Source: Bdellovibrionota bacterium
GTDB taxonomy: Bacteria; Bdellovibrionota_C; UBA2361; JBIKWN01
Length of the DNA: 49,534 nucleotides
NCBI GenBank assembly: GCA_044356295.1
Contig: JBIKWN010000014.1
Location: forward strand, 1 to 49,534
Direction of reading: 5' to 3'
A model generated the notes under the pieces. It saw only the letters and a list, made by a program, of their open reading frames with translations, searched no databases and was not told the DNA's origin. Positions 10,797 to 21,045 of this stretch are shown here, in pieces. The stretch's first letter is position 1; the number at the start of each line of letters is the position of its first letter. The translations under genes were made by a program, and so were the position numbers.

Positions 10797-11294
10797 CTAT
10801 ACTTCCTTACGTGTCCAAGCGGCGGAGAGCGAATCAGCATACTCATTCCAAAGCCAGCCATTATGAGCTTTAATCCACTCAAGTTTTACCTTGGGATGAG
10901 TAAGAGCAAGGGTATACAGAATTTTTACCAGATCGAGATTAGCTATTTCTCCAGTTTTTCTTTTCCAGCCATTCTTTTCCCACGTATGCGCCCAAAGATT
11001 TACTGTTTGTACGCATAAATTACTATCAGTATAAATCGTAATCTCTTCATCCACGGATAACATACGGTATGCTTCGATTAATCCGGTGAGCTCCATTCTG
11101 TTATTCGTTGTTTGAGGATCCTGCCCCCATTTCTGAGCAATAATTTCACCATCAATTACATGAACAAATCCCCATCCTCCAGGTCCTGGATTTGGAATAG
11201 AGCTGCCATCAGTAAAGACTCCAGTCTGTGGTCCACTGACTTTATACTTCTGAAGAACCTGCGCGGTTGAAAGACTATCGTGAGGAAAATTCAA
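10797..11294 (-). CDS. rnhA: Ribonuclease HI
   Basis: FTDGSSIPNPGPGGWG, TTNNRMEL, YTDS, WIKAHNG..NEYAD. Confidence 0.95.
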   Translation of the reverse strand: MNFPHDSLSTAQVLQKYKVSGPQTGVFTDGSSIPNPGPGGWGFVHVIDGEIIAQKWGQDPQTTNNRMELTGLIEAYRMLSVDEEITIYTDSNLCVQTVNLWAHTWEKNGWKRKTGEIANLDLVKILYTLALTHPKVKLEWIKAHNGWLWNEYADSLSAAWTRKEV

Positions 11295-11988
11295 AATGAT
11301 CTCCTGGTACTAATTCACAAACTTCAACATCAATCTTATGACAAGCTACAGAGAACTGCTCAGCACTCTGCGCAAGAAGTGGGAATGTTTTAAAATGAAT
11401 CGGAATAACGGTTGTAACACCAAGAGCCCGTGCTGCATGAGACGCTTCAACGGCACCCATAGTAAATCTATCTCCAATCGGTAATAGCGCTAAAGATGGT
11501 TGATACATTTCTCTAATTAAATTCATATCTGAAAAAAATCCTGTATCACCAGCATGGTAAACACAATCTTTTTCGCTTCTTACTAAAATCCCACCGGCTT
11601 CTCCTGCATACAATGTTCCTTTTGTGGGGGAATCGTATGAACTCGAATGAAGGGCGTGTGTTAAAGTTATACACGTACCTTTATATTCAAAGGTACCACC
11701 TTTATTAACTGGAATAACTGCATCTTGCGAGACCCCTTCTCCTACAAGAATCATTGCAAGTTCGTAGGTAGCTAATACTTGTGCCCCAGTAAGTTTATGG
11801 AGCCTTACGACGTCTGAGGCATGATCTGCATGCCCGTGTGTAAGCGCAATAAGGTCTATCTTTTGGGGATTTTTCAGCTCTTCTGGGCAAATTGGATTTC
11901 CTTCAAGCCATGGGTCTATTGCGATATCGAGTTTATCTGTTTGGATAAAAGTGGCCGAATGACCTGCAAATTTTATTTTTTTTATCAT
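11275..11988 (-). CDS. Metal-dependent hydrolase, metallo-beta-lactamase fold (UPF0173-like)
   Basis: GHS, IDPWL, THGHADH, HALHSS, YHAGDT, LLPIGDRFTMG, IPIHF. Confidence 0.92.
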   Translation of the reverse strand: MIKKIKFAGHSATFIQTDKLDIAIDPWLEGNPICPEELKNPQKIDLIALTHGHADHASDVVRLHKLTGAQVLATYELAMILVGEGVSQDAVIPVNKGGTFEYKGTCITLTHALHSSSYDSPTKGTLYAGEAGGILVRSEKDCVYHAGDTGFFSDMNLIREMYQPSLALLPIGDRFTMGAVEASHAARALGVTTVIPIHFKTFPLLAQSAEQFSVACHKIDVEVCELVPGDHFEFSSR

Positions 11989-12034
11989 AAGTATGGATAG
12001 ACTTTTATGTTTCTAGGAATATACTGCTTTTATT

Positions 12035-13252
12035 ATGAGTAACCAATTGCTTTTTAGCACAATTCCTCAAGCCCCATCCGACCCAATCCTTGGACTTACT
12101 GAAAAATTTCTAGTGGATAAAAACCCTGAAAAAATCAATCTGGGAGTCGGTGTCTATCAAAATGAGCTGGGAAAAGCAGCAAAACTTAAAGCAGTATTTA
12201 AAGCGGAAAGTAAATTACTTGAAACAGACCTCGTAGCCACATACCTACCTATGGATGGTCTTCCTGATTTTAGAACCGCTGCTCAACAGTTTCTTTTTGG
12301 GAAAAACGTCTCTGAAGAAACAAGGAAAAGGATTGCAACCTGCCAAACTCCTGGGGGAACTGGTGCTATTCGAATTGGCGCAGATTTTCTTAAGCTTTTC
12401 GCAGGAAATGCAGAAGTCTTTATTTCCAATCCAAGCTGGGATAATCATCAAGCAATTATTGGTGCTGCTGGATTCCCTATCTCTTTTTATCCATATTATA
12501 ACGACAATACAAAATCGCTTGATTTTGAAGCATGTTTTGCTTCTCTCATGGAAGCCAAAAAGGGCTCTATTATTTTACTTCACGCTGCCTGCCATAATCC
12601 AACAGGATATGATTTTTCTGACGAGCAGTGGCAAAGAATTAAAAAACTATGCGTCGAAAGAGAGTTCATTCCTTTTCTAGATATTGCTTACCAAGGATTT
12701 GATAAAGGATTTGAAGAAGATACAAAAATTATCCATGAATTTCTTGAGACAGGATTAACTTTCCTTGTTGCAAGTTCATGTTCAAAAAACCTTGGACTCT
12801 ATGCCGAAAGAACAGGAGCACTATCTGTTGTTTGCGGAAACGCCGAGATTGCTTCAAAAGCACAATCACAACTCAAAAGAATCGTTCGAACAATTTATTC
12901 AAGTCCCCCTGCAAGAGGAGCCAAAATTGTCCAAACTATTGTTGCAGATCCTGGATTGTATTCAGAGTGGCAAGATGAGCTGAGCACAATGCGTGAACGT
13001 TTAAAGAGAATGAGAGCTTCTTTTACGCAGAATCTTAAATCACTCAACCTCGATTTTGACTTCTCTCATATTGCCACTCAAAACGGCATGTTTTCATATA
13101 GCGGGCTATCAAAAGATGTAATTATCTGGCTTCGAGAAAATAAAAGCATCTATGCACTGGAAAGCGGACGAATCTGTGTTGCTGCAATCAATGACAATAA
13201 TATTGATAGAATTGTTTCGAGTATTGCAGAAGCTATAAAGGCTCAAAAATAG
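12035..13252 (+). CDS. aspC: Aspartate/aromatic amino acid aminotransferase (AspC/TyrB family)
   Basis: DPILGL, NLGVGVY, HNPTG, DIAYQGF, SCSKNLGLYAERTG (PLP lysine). Confidence 0.92.
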   Translation: MSNQLLFSTIPQAPSDPILGLTEKFLVDKNPEKINLGVGVYQNELGKAAKLKAVFKAESKLLETDLVATYLPMDGLPDFRTAAQQFLFGKNVSEETRKRIATCQTPGGTGAIRIGADFLKLFAGNAEVFISNPSWDNHQAIIGAAGFPISFYPYYNDNTKSLDFEACFASLMEAKKGSIILLHAACHNPTGYDFSDEQWQRIKKLCVEREFIPFLDIAYQGFDKGFEEDTKIIHEFLETGLTFLVASSCSKNLGLYAERTGALSVVCGNAEIASKAQSQLKRIVRTIYSSPPARGAKIVQTIVADPGLYSEWQDELSTMRERLKRMRASFTQNLKSLNLDFDFSHIATQNGMFSYSGLSKDVIIWLRENKSIYALESGRICVAAINDNNIDRIVSSIAEAIKAQK

Positions 13253-13254
13253 AT

Positions 13255-15138
13255 TTACTTTATTTGTCGTAGTACTTCTTGCTCTTGTTCTGCATTTGCA
13301 GCAATCACTTGTCCGACGGAGCTAAAAAGGTGTCGATACTCAGAGCAGACATGCGGCAAGGATCCTCGAAGTAGAACTACCTGTGACCAGGCATTTTTTT
13401 CAGAGATTAGTTGATTTAAGTTTTTTTCAAAATTAGACAACGGAGCTCCATCTGAAATATCAGGATTAAAAACGATTATAAGTTTAGCATTACTGCGCTT
13501 ATCAAGAATGCCGTTTAATGCTTGAGAAATCACCGATTCATCATGAACACCAAAAACTAAAGTATCTGGGACTTTCACAGCGTATTGCTGATTATTTCCG
13601 GATTGGAGAATCTCTTGATCAAGTTGATCAAGTAAATCTTTTACTTCAAGATTTTCTGGATTAATTCGAAGCTCTTGTAAGAGGTGATACTTTGCCTCTT
13701 CTAACTTATTTATCTGTGATAGTGCCATTCCTGCAATATAGTGAACATGAGGCAAGTGTGGATACGTCTGAAGCACTACGGTAAGTTTTTCAAGGCATAC
13801 ATCATATTGCTGTTCTTGAAGATGTGCTACAGCTTGATCAATGATTCTATTGGCTTCATCATCTGAAAGGTTATTAGTAACTCTTTCAATTTTATCTTTT
13901 AGTGCTAGTCCTTCACTGTTTTTTGGATCTATTTTTAGAAGTTCTTCGAGAACAAACTTTGCTTCCCCAATAAGATTTAAATCAAGAAAATATGATACTT
14001 TATCAATATGAGGACCATAGATTGAAGTTTTAGAATTTTTATACTGCGTACTCTTTTTATCTAAGAGCTCCTTTAATATTGCTGCAAATTCAATGACACG
14101 CTTCGACATTCCATGATCTTTGAAACATCTTGCTTGACCACGTCGTGCAATCTCTTCACGTTCACTATCATGAGCAGTGAAATAGGCAATTTTCTCGAAT
14201 AACTCTTCGTTTGTTTTATACGTCTCAATCTCTGTTCCAATGCTAAACTGTGAAGATAATTGCGAATGAAACTCAGTAAGTAAAAATGTACCAGTTCCAG
14301 CAATTTCAAACTGACGCATATTACCAGCCTCACCTTTAGCAAAATCAATAACGATATTGAGCCCTATTTTTGTCCTTTTTATTTCACGGTGCATCTCAAT
14401 CCCCCATCTTGATGCATGTAAGAAGGGGGCGGCATGCTGGAATGGATATGGATTAGACTGATGGACAAAAAAAGTTGGTGTAAATCGTTTAGTCATTAAT
14501 GCATTCTGAGAAACTGCATCGACTATCTCCGATCTTTTTTTGTGGTCTTGAGTTATTTGACCACAAAACCCTACGTCATAGAGCTTCGGTTCATTTTTAA
14601 CTTTTTCAGCTATCCATTCGGGAAACCCTGGAAGAAAGTGGTACACAGATTTTGCCCCGACTTCGAGTGCTCGCGATCGAGAAATTGGATCAGAGGAAAG
14701 GATCGCATCAAAACAAGAGAAATCATTCCAATCAAAGATAGTCTGCCCCCTCCATCCTGCTATCACTCTTGGTGTAAAATTAAGAGTCCTCATAAACTTC
14801 GCGTCGTAATCAATTGGATTACAGACATAGAGAATATCTGGTTTCAAAATTTCAATTTGACGCTTTACGATCTCTTTTTGCCAATCTTGTGTATCAAGTT
14901 GTGTTATCCCATTCTCTAATGCCCACTGACTCTGAAGTTCTGGACAATTGGTGATTAGTAAATGTGATTCAAAGCCTAAAGCTTCAAGATGTTCGCCCCA
15001 AAGATGCGTGGCAGTAAATCCATCATCTAGAATTGCGCGGAGTTGATGCTGATATGGCTGTTCTTTAAGAGTCGGTCTGGCATCGTAAAAATTTCTTAAA
15101 TACTGATCGTAAAAAGTATGTATTTGTACGTATTTCAT
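13255..15138 (-). CDS. CgeB-like GT-B glycosyltransferase fused to TPR repeats and a C-terminal domain of unknown function
   Basis: NMRQFEIAGTGTFLLT..F..GTEIETY..IARRGQAR motif of CgeB-type glycosyltransferases; TPR-like helices (HYIAGMAL..LEEAK..L.INPEN). Confidence 0.75.
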   Translation of the reverse strand: MKYVQIHTFYDQYLRNFYDARPTLKEQPYQHQLRAILDDGFTATHLWGEHLEALGFESHLLITNCPELQSQWALENGITQLDTQDWQKEIVKRQIEILKPDILYVCNPIDYDAKFMRTLNFTPRVIAGWRGQTIFDWNDFSCFDAILSSDPISRSRALEVGAKSVYHFLPGFPEWIAEKVKNEPKLYDVGFCGQITQDHKKRSEIVDAVSQNALMTKRFTPTFFVHQSNPYPFQHAAPFLHASRWGIEMHREIKRTKIGLNIVIDFAKGEAGNMRQFEIAGTGTFLLTEFHSQLSSQFSIGTEIETYKTNEELFEKIAYFTAHDSEREEIARRGQARCFKDHGMSKRVIEFAAILKELLDKKSTQYKNSKTSIYGPHIDKVSYFLDLNLIGEAKFVLEELLKIDPKNSEGLALKDKIERVTNNLSDDEANRIIDQAVAHLQEQQYDVCLEKLTVVLQTYPHLPHVHYIAGMALSQINKLEEAKYHLLQELRINPENLEVKDLLDQLDQEILQSGNNQQYAVKVPDTLVFGVHDESVISQALNGILDKRSNAKLIIVFNPDISDGAPLSNFEKNLNQLISEKNAWSQVVLLRGSLPHVCSEYRHLFSSVGQVIAANAEQEQEVLRQIK

Positions 15139-15145
15139 GGTTTCA

Positions 15146-16267
15146 TTAATTAAATTTTCTTACCGCAGTAACCAGTTTTTCGCAGATAAACTCTATCTGA
15201 TCATCAGAAAGTTCTGGATAGATAGGAAGCGACATAATCCGAGACATCCCTTTGAACGCAACAGGAAAGTCCTCTTTCACATGTCCTTTGTATCTATACG
15301 CAGTAGTAAATGGCAACGCAGTAGGATAATGAATTCCAGTTGGAATACCATGCTCAAGCATGAATTCTTGAACTTTTTCTCTGTTATCAACTTGGACGAC
15401 GTAGAGGTGAAAGACATGCTCTGATTCATCCGGAATTTCGGGTATTTGTATCCCGGAAGTTTTTAGTAATTCATTATATTTTTTCGCTCTCGATTTTCGC
15501 CGCTCTATCCATGACGAAAGATACGGAAGCTTTGCAAGGAGGATAGAAGCCTGCAGTCCATCTAGTCGACTGTTTCTGCCTTCTAGTCCATGATCATGTT
15601 TACCGAGCCTTCCGTGATCTCCAATCATTCGACACATAGTGCGAAATGATTCATCTCTCATGGTAAGACCACCTGCATCTCCGTACGCTCCAAGATTTTT
15701 TCCAGGGAAAAAACTATATGATGCTGTATCACCAAACCAGCCTACTTGCTTGCCTTGAAAACGTGCACCATGAGCTTGAGCACAATCTTCAATTACTTTT
15801 AATTTATACTTTTGAGCAAGCTGCATAATCTTATCCATCTCTGCTGGAAGTCCATAGAGATGAACTGGGATAATTACTTTTGTATTTTTATTAATTTTTT
15901 CTTCTATTTTTGAAACATCTATTGTGTACTTCGTTGGATGATTATCAACAAAAACAACTGTTCCACCTGCGGTTGTTACGGCTTCTGCTGTTGATATCCA
16001 AGTATTTGCAGGCACAATTACTTCATCACCATCTTCAACTCCTAAAGCTCGTAGTGCAATTTCTAATGTATCTGTTCCATTGGCGCATCCAACGCAAAAT
16101 GGCATCTCTGTAAAAGCCGCAAATGCAGCTTCAAACTGTTCTAAATATTTTCCCTTGATATAAGCACTCTCTCGAATAACTCGAGTGATAGCTTCATCAA
16201 TATCTTTTTGAATTGAAAGATACTGTGCATGGAGATCGACAAATTCTATTTTTTTCATGGAAAACAC
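15146..16267 (-). CDS. DegT/DnrJ/EryC1/StrS family sugar aminotransferase
   Basis: ANGTDTL, PVHLYG, EDCAQAHGA, SFFPGKNLGAYGDAG, NSRLD. Confidence 0.95.
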   Translation of the reverse strand: MFSMKKIEFVDLHAQYLSIQKDIDEAITRVIRESAYIKGKYLEQFEAAFAAFTEMPFCVGCANGTDTLEIALRALGVEDGDEVIVPANTWISTAEAVTTAGGTVVFVDNHPTKYTIDVSKIEEKINKNTKVIIPVHLYGLPAEMDKIMQLAQKYKLKVIEDCAQAHGARFQGKQVGWFGDTASYSFFPGKNLGAYGDAGGLTMRDESFRTMCRMIGDHGRLGKHDHGLEGRNSRLDGLQASILLAKLPYLSSWIERRKSRAKKYNELLKTSGIQIPEIPDESEHVFHLYVVQVDNREKVQEFMLEHGIPTGIHYPTALPFTTAYRYKGHVKEDFPVAFKGMSRIMSLPIYPELSDDQIEFICEKLVTAVRKFN

Positions 16268-16323
16268 CCTTATTCAAGTGCTTTTAGAATACTAGGATTT
16301 GCCTCTACTGGACACGTAAAAAG

Positions 16324-17592
16324 TTAGCTCTTCTCAAGGATCTTTAATTCGAGCACTTTAGGCTGCTTTTTCGGAAGATATGTGATTTCACGAATCATAT
16401 GCCCACGGTCTACTGCAAAGAACCACTCTCCTCGAGCAGTTAAAATAGTCCCAATATTTGTAAATTCATCTTTTACTACTGCTGGGATCTTCTCCGGTAA
16501 ACATGGCGCAGCATCTTTTAGTAATCCTGTAATCTCGGGGATAATTTCTCGCAGTGTTGAGCGGGGTCGAATCCTTCCAAAGAGTTTATTATGTTCTCTG
16601 TAATAATCATCAATACACTTGAGGAAACTAAAGACTGCGCTTACTCCAAAGGTATGATGAATCCCCATGATGTCATAGTGTGCAAGAAAACTTCCCTTTG
16701 TTAATGAAAGTGATGCTCCTGCAAGCCGACGACGATCGCTTTGCTCAGCTAACAAGTTTAATTCTTCACGTACAAGGTGCTCATACCCCCTTCCTTCAAT
16801 TCCAAAACAATCAGATATTCTTGAGAAATCTCCATCTTGATTCTCAACAACAACGACAGTACCAAGTTGCAAAAAAGTCCCCCTAAAATGAGAAGCATAA
16901 TAGACGGGTAGCATCATCATATGATTAGAAGGAAGCGGTTTTGCATACTGCAGAGACTGCGCAAATGATTCGACAAATCCTCTTAGAGTTTTCACTCGAA
17001 TATATTTTCGCTGTTCACCAGTAGCTTTAAAGAAATTTCTTAAGCGCGTAGCAGTATCAAAATCAAAGTGTAGCTCTTTCCGTTTTGTTTTTACGACGAT
17101 GGTAAATCCTTGACGTGACATTTTAATGGAAAGAAGATCGCTCTTGGAAAAAATTGGATCTGTATGATGAAGTGTATTTGCAGCATCAAGTGGAATTCCC
17201 TCATACAACCTCACCCCTGCACCACGAAGTTCGTTTGTAGAACAAGGACATACGAATCCAACAACAACACTACTTCCTAAGACAAGATACTTTTCGGTAG
17301 GCTTATTATCTTCAAATAGTTTTCTTTCAACTTTTTCATCATCAAGTGTTACTTGATGACTATCAAAAAACCATTTTTTAAAAGTTTCATGCAAAGAATC
17401 AACAAATTCTTCTTTAACAAACAAGCCAGATTTTGAGATCCAAAAGAATCTCTCTAGGTCAGCTTTTGGAACAAGTGTCCGAAGTTGTTTAACAAATGGG
17501 ATAAGAAATGCCCTTGGATCCTCTTTGGGCTTAACGGTTTCGATTTCAGCCTGCGGCTGCTCCTGCTCGGTTGATACTGGGGTCTCTTCCAT
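16324..17592 (-). CDS. Hypothetical soluble protein (422 aa)
   Basis: Long ORF with ATG and purine-rich upstream sequence; no motif recognised. Confidence 0.65.
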   Translation of the reverse strand: MEETPVSTEQEQPQAEIETVKPKEDPRAFLIPFVKQLRTLVPKADLERFFWISKSGLFVKEEFVDSLHETFKKWFFDSHQVTLDDEKVERKLFEDNKPTEKYLVLGSSVVVGFVCPCSTNELRGAGVRLYEGIPLDAANTLHHTDPIFSKSDLLSIKMSRQGFTIVVKTKRKELHFDFDTATRLRNFFKATGEQRKYIRVKTLRGFVESFAQSLQYAKPLPSNHMMMLPVYYASHFRGTFLQLGTVVVVENQDGDFSRISDCFGIEGRGYEHLVREELNLLAEQSDRRRLAGASLSLTKGSFLAHYDIMGIHHTFGVSAVFSFLKCIDDYYREHNKLFGRIRPRSTLREIIPEITGLLKDAAPCLPEKIPAVVKDEFTNIGTILTARGEWFFAVDRGHMIREITYLPKKQPKVLELKILEKS

Positions 17593-17644
17593 ACTTCTTT
17601 TATATATCGAATTAAAGTTAAAATCAGCAAGAGGTTGCTAATTC

Positions 17645-18460
17645 TTGAAAAATCAATCAATTATCCTTTCATTTAACAGCTCTATAGGCTGGTCTGCTAT
17701 TGATCGGACAAGTGAACTACCTAATAAAACGGGAGTTTTTGAAACGTTTCGTCTCGATAAGACGCCTCAAGATTCCTGGAGAGGTGTTGCATTACAGCGC
17801 CATTTTCAAAGATACCTCTCTGGTTGTAGTGCGTATGGTCTTGAACCAATTTCATTTGAAAATTTAGTAGAAGGAATCAGAGCTGCGATTAAAGGTAATA
17901 ATTTTCACAAAAATTCATCTCTTCGTATTCGACTTGAAACAATCATAGGTAGTGATTCAGCTTTATTAGCTCAAAATTTCAAACCTAGATTTAATAACAA
18001 TTCAGGGGCAAAGCTCATATCAATTGAATTACCTCGAAAAAACTTTTCGTTAAAATACTTACCCGCCACCGAGTCTAACGATTCCTATCAACATGCTTTA
18101 TCACACCTTGCAGATGAATCACTCCTTGTTAATAAAGATAACTTAATCACGGAAACGAGCTGGGGTAATCTTGTTGTAATTTCTAAAACTGGTTCCTTCT
18201 TTACCTCGAGTGATGCCTTGCCTGGTATTACATTGTCATTGATAAAAGAAATTCTATTAAACAAAGTGATCTATCAATCCTATCCACTCAACGACCTTTA
18301 TACTGATGGAAGTTCAGCTTTTTTGTGTAATTCACTTCATGGAGTCATTCCAGTTATAAGCATCGATGGCATCGACTTACCCCAGAGTACCCTCGTTCAT
18401 GAAATAAAAGAGAAATTAAAGGAAAAACGAAGCCTGTTTGAAGAAGCTATTTTCTTTTAA
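17645..18460 (+). CDS. Class IV PLP aminotransferase-like protein (PabC/IlvE fold)
   Basis: GVFETFR, RHFQR, LKY (PLP lysine), ITETSWGN, LPGIT, FLCNSLHGVIPV..IDG. Confidence 0.8.
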   Translation: MKNQSIILSFNSSIGWSAIDRTSELPNKTGVFETFRLDKTPQDSWRGVALQRHFQRYLSGCSAYGLEPISFENLVEGIRAAIKGNNFHKNSSLRIRLETIIGSDSALLAQNFKPRFNNNSGAKLISIELPRKNFSLKYLPATESNDSYQHALSHLADESLLVNKDNLITETSWGNLVVISKTGSFFTSSDALPGITLSLIKEILLNKVIYQSYPLNDLYTDGSSAFLCNSLHGVIPVISIDGIDLPQSTLVHEIKEKLKEKRSLFEEAIFF

Positions 18461-18472
18461 GATACGGATACT

Positions 18473-18847
18473 ATGAGTGACGAAAAATTTCTAGCAATTC
18501 GAATGTTAATGATGCCTAAAGATACTAATCCCCTTGGAAGTATCTTCGGAGGTCACATTTTAAGTTTGATTGACCAGGCTGCTGGTCAGCATGCAAGAAA
18601 AGTTGCTCCAAAAAAATATGTTACAAAAGTAATGCGAGAAGTAAATTTTCATGCACCTGTTTTCGTAGGAGACTTAGTAAGTTTTTATACAAGTACAGTT
18701 AAAGTCGGTAAGACTTCAATCACAATAAAGGTCGAGGTTCAAGCGCTTCGAGGTATTGATAGCTTAACAACCTGTGATGTTACATCTGCCGAAGTCGTCA
18801 TGGTTGCTATTAACGATAAAATTGAACCAGTTTCAATTGTGTCTTAA
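18473..18847 (+). CDS. Acyl-CoA thioesterase (YciA-like hotdog fold)
   Basis: MPKDTNPLGSIFGG..LS.ID.AAG, F.APV.VGD, VGKTSI. Confidence 0.93.
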   Translation: MSDEKFLAIRMLMMPKDTNPLGSIFGGHILSLIDQAAGQHARKVAPKKYVTKVMREVNFHAPVFVGDLVSFYTSTVKVGKTSITIKVEVQALRGIDSLTTCDVTSAEVVMVAINDKIEPVSIVS

Positions 18848-19000
18848 GAGCAAGAGTTCACAAAACGCCAAAAAAGATAGTTCAATCTATATATCCAATA
18901 GATTTAACCATCATATATAACGAAGCACTATTATTTAGCTGATCCACAGTCTACTATTACTTCATAAATGAGATATAGATAAACAGCCGAGCATTGATTT

Positions 19001-19510
19001 ATGAAATACTTTCTTAAACAAAAATTCTTTGCTGCAGGTGATGATTTCGAAGTCTTTGATGAATCAGGAAAGTTAGTCTATTACTTTGACGGAAAAGTTT
19101 GGGCAATTGGAAGCAAAACCATTGTTATTGATTCTCTTACCGGCAAAGAAACTGCAAGAATTCGTAGAAAACTTTTTGCCATTAGACCTACTTTTGTAGT
19201 TTCATCAAACGGAGCAAAACTAGCAAAGATATTTAAAAAAGCTCTTTCTATTCGAAAAACATTCGTTATCGATGTCCCTGGACCAGACGATATTACTGTC
19301 GTTGGAGAATTGCTCGAACATAACTATCACTTTTATAGAAATAATACTGAGATTGCTAGCGTTACTAAAAAATGGTTCCGCGGTGAAGATAGCTATAGCA
19401 TTGAGATTAACAATAATTTCGATGCACTTTTAATTCTTTCTTGTGTTGTTGTGATAGACCTCGTTTGTCACCCAGGAAGAGATAGTGGATTTAAAACAAG
19501 TAAGAACTAA
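19001..19510 (+). CDS. LURP-one-related / scramblase-like protein (YxjI-like)
   Basis: Y.LKQK.F..GDDF...DESG, V.G..., KKWF...DSY pattern. Confidence 0.85.
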   Translation: MKYFLKQKFFAAGDDFEVFDESGKLVYYFDGKVWAIGSKTIVIDSLTGKETARIRRKLFAIRPTFVVSSNGAKLAKIFKKALSIRKTFVIDVPGPDDITVVGELLEHNYHFYRNNTEIASVTKKWFRGEDSYSIEINNNFDALLILSCVVVIDLVCHPGRDSGFKTSKN

Positions 19511-19568
19511 CTCTCATTCTTCTCTCTCTACGATAATGCACACTCGTCATAATCTTATCTTTGGAAGA

Positions 19569-20957
19569 TTAAGTTACCTTCACCAATTCCTGAAATCTAG
19601 GAACAAAAGTATCCCATCCAAATTCTTTCTTTAGCCTAGCAGCAAAGGCATTTGCAGAATCAGTTTCACCATGAATAACTGCAACTTTTTTCGGAAATCC
19701 AGTACATTCTCGACACCATCGAAGCATCTCTTCACAGTCACCGTGTGCAGATAGTGAGCTAATCTCTGCAATTTCAGCTCTTACAGAAACTTCTTCTCCA
19801 AGGAGTCTTACAGTTTTTGCACCGCTTTTAATCCATGCACCTGTTCCACCTTCAGGTTGAAATCCAACAAACAAAAGGGTGTTTCGTTTATCTGTAATTC
19901 TTAACTTTATGTGATGCAAGATTCGTCCACCTGACAACATTCCACTAGCTGAGATTAAAATCATGGGCTCATGTACGGAATTTAAATGTATTGAGGCAGA
20001 GCGATCTCTGACAAATCGAGTGTTATCTGGCGTGAATATCTTCTCACCTTGTAGCATGGCGATAACGGCTTCCTTGTCGTAGCACTCGGGATGTTTTGCG
20101 TAAATTTTTGTTGCATCAATCGCCATTGGGCTATCAATAACAATTGGAACATTTGATATCTTTCCTTCATCTTTTAACTCTCGAAGGTAATAGAGAATCT
20201 CTTGCGTTCGTCCAACTGCAAAACTTGGAATTAATACCATTCCGCCGCGGTCAATTGTTTTATTAATTACTTCAGCAAGAAGATCTTTTGGACTTCCTGC
20301 TTTATGTCTCCTTGAGCCGTAGGTAGATTCTATCAAAAGAAGATCACCAAACTCTATCGGTTCTGGATCGGGCATGATTGGGGTTCCGTATCTGCCAAGG
20401 TCTCCTGAGAACTGCAATGACTTATTCTGAATTTTTAAACTAATGGAACCAGCGCCTAGAATATGACCAACTCGGTTCCATGTAATACTTTCAATACCAT
20501 CAAATTGATACGGTTTATGAAAATCAACTCCTTCTAAAAGCTTAATCGTCTCTCTTGCATCACCTACTGTATAAAGCGGCTGAGGTGGTGTGTGTCTAGA
20601 ATAGCCGTGTTGATTTCTAAAACTCGCTTCTTCTTCCTGAAGCTCAGCTGAGTCTATTAAAAGCAGCTCTGCTAAGTCTTGTGACGCATGAGTTAAGTAG
20701 ATCGGGCATTTCAAGCCTCTCTTTACAAGCCGTGGAAGGTATCCAATATGATCAATATGAGCGTGAGTTATAAAAACTGCATCAATTTTTTTTGGATCGA
20801 ATAATGGATCTATCCAATTTTTCTCTCTCCATTCTCTTGGTCCTTGAAACATCCCAGAATCAACAAGAAACTGATGACTGTTACTAGAAACAAGATATTT
20901 TGAACCAGTAACGGTTCCAGCAGCACCCAAAAATTGAACTGTAATACTCATAAACAA
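19569..20957 (-). CDS. Beta-CASP metallo-beta-lactamase family ribonuclease
   Basis: GAAGTVTGS, THAHIDH, GHILG, SGDLG, ESTYG, PSFAVGRTQE, SAHGD, HGE. Confidence 0.93.
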   Translation of the reverse strand: MFMSITVQFLGAAGTVTGSKYLVSSNSHQFLVDSGMFQGPREWREKNWIDPLFDPKKIDAVFITHAHIDHIGYLPRLVKRGLKCPIYLTHASQDLAELLLIDSAELQEEEASFRNQHGYSRHTPPQPLYTVGDARETIKLLEGVDFHKPYQFDGIESITWNRVGHILGAGSISLKIQNKSLQFSGDLGRYGTPIMPDPEPIEFGDLLLIESTYGSRRHKAGSPKDLLAEVINKTIDRGGMVLIPSFAVGRTQEILYYLRELKDEGKISNVPIVIDSPMAIDATKIYAKHPECYDKEAVIAMLQGEKIFTPDNTRFVRDRSASIHLNSVHEPMILISASGMLSGGRILHHIKLRITDKRNTLLFVGFQPEGGTGAWIKSGAKTVRLLGEEVSVRAEIAEISSLSAHGDCEEMLRWCRECTGFPKKVAVIHGETDSANAFAARLKKEFGWDTFVPRFQELVKVT

Positions 20958-20994
20958 AAGAGCATAAGCCCAAAAATCATGGCGCGAAACGCAT

Positions 20995-21022
20995 AAAAAA
21001 AGGAAGGGTTGCCCCTTCCTTT
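20995..21022 (-). terminator. Intrinsic terminator of pilA
   Basis: On the minus strand AAAGGAAGGG-GCAA-CCCTTCCTTT followed by a T run, about 24 bp after the pilA stop. Confidence 0.85.
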
Positions 21023-21045
21023 ATCGTTAAGACCAGAAGCTTGTA

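Noticed and set aside
19569..20957. Beta-CASP nuclease as an anti-phage defence gene
   Set aside because: It has the standard architecture of the widespread RNA-processing family and no defence partners nearby.
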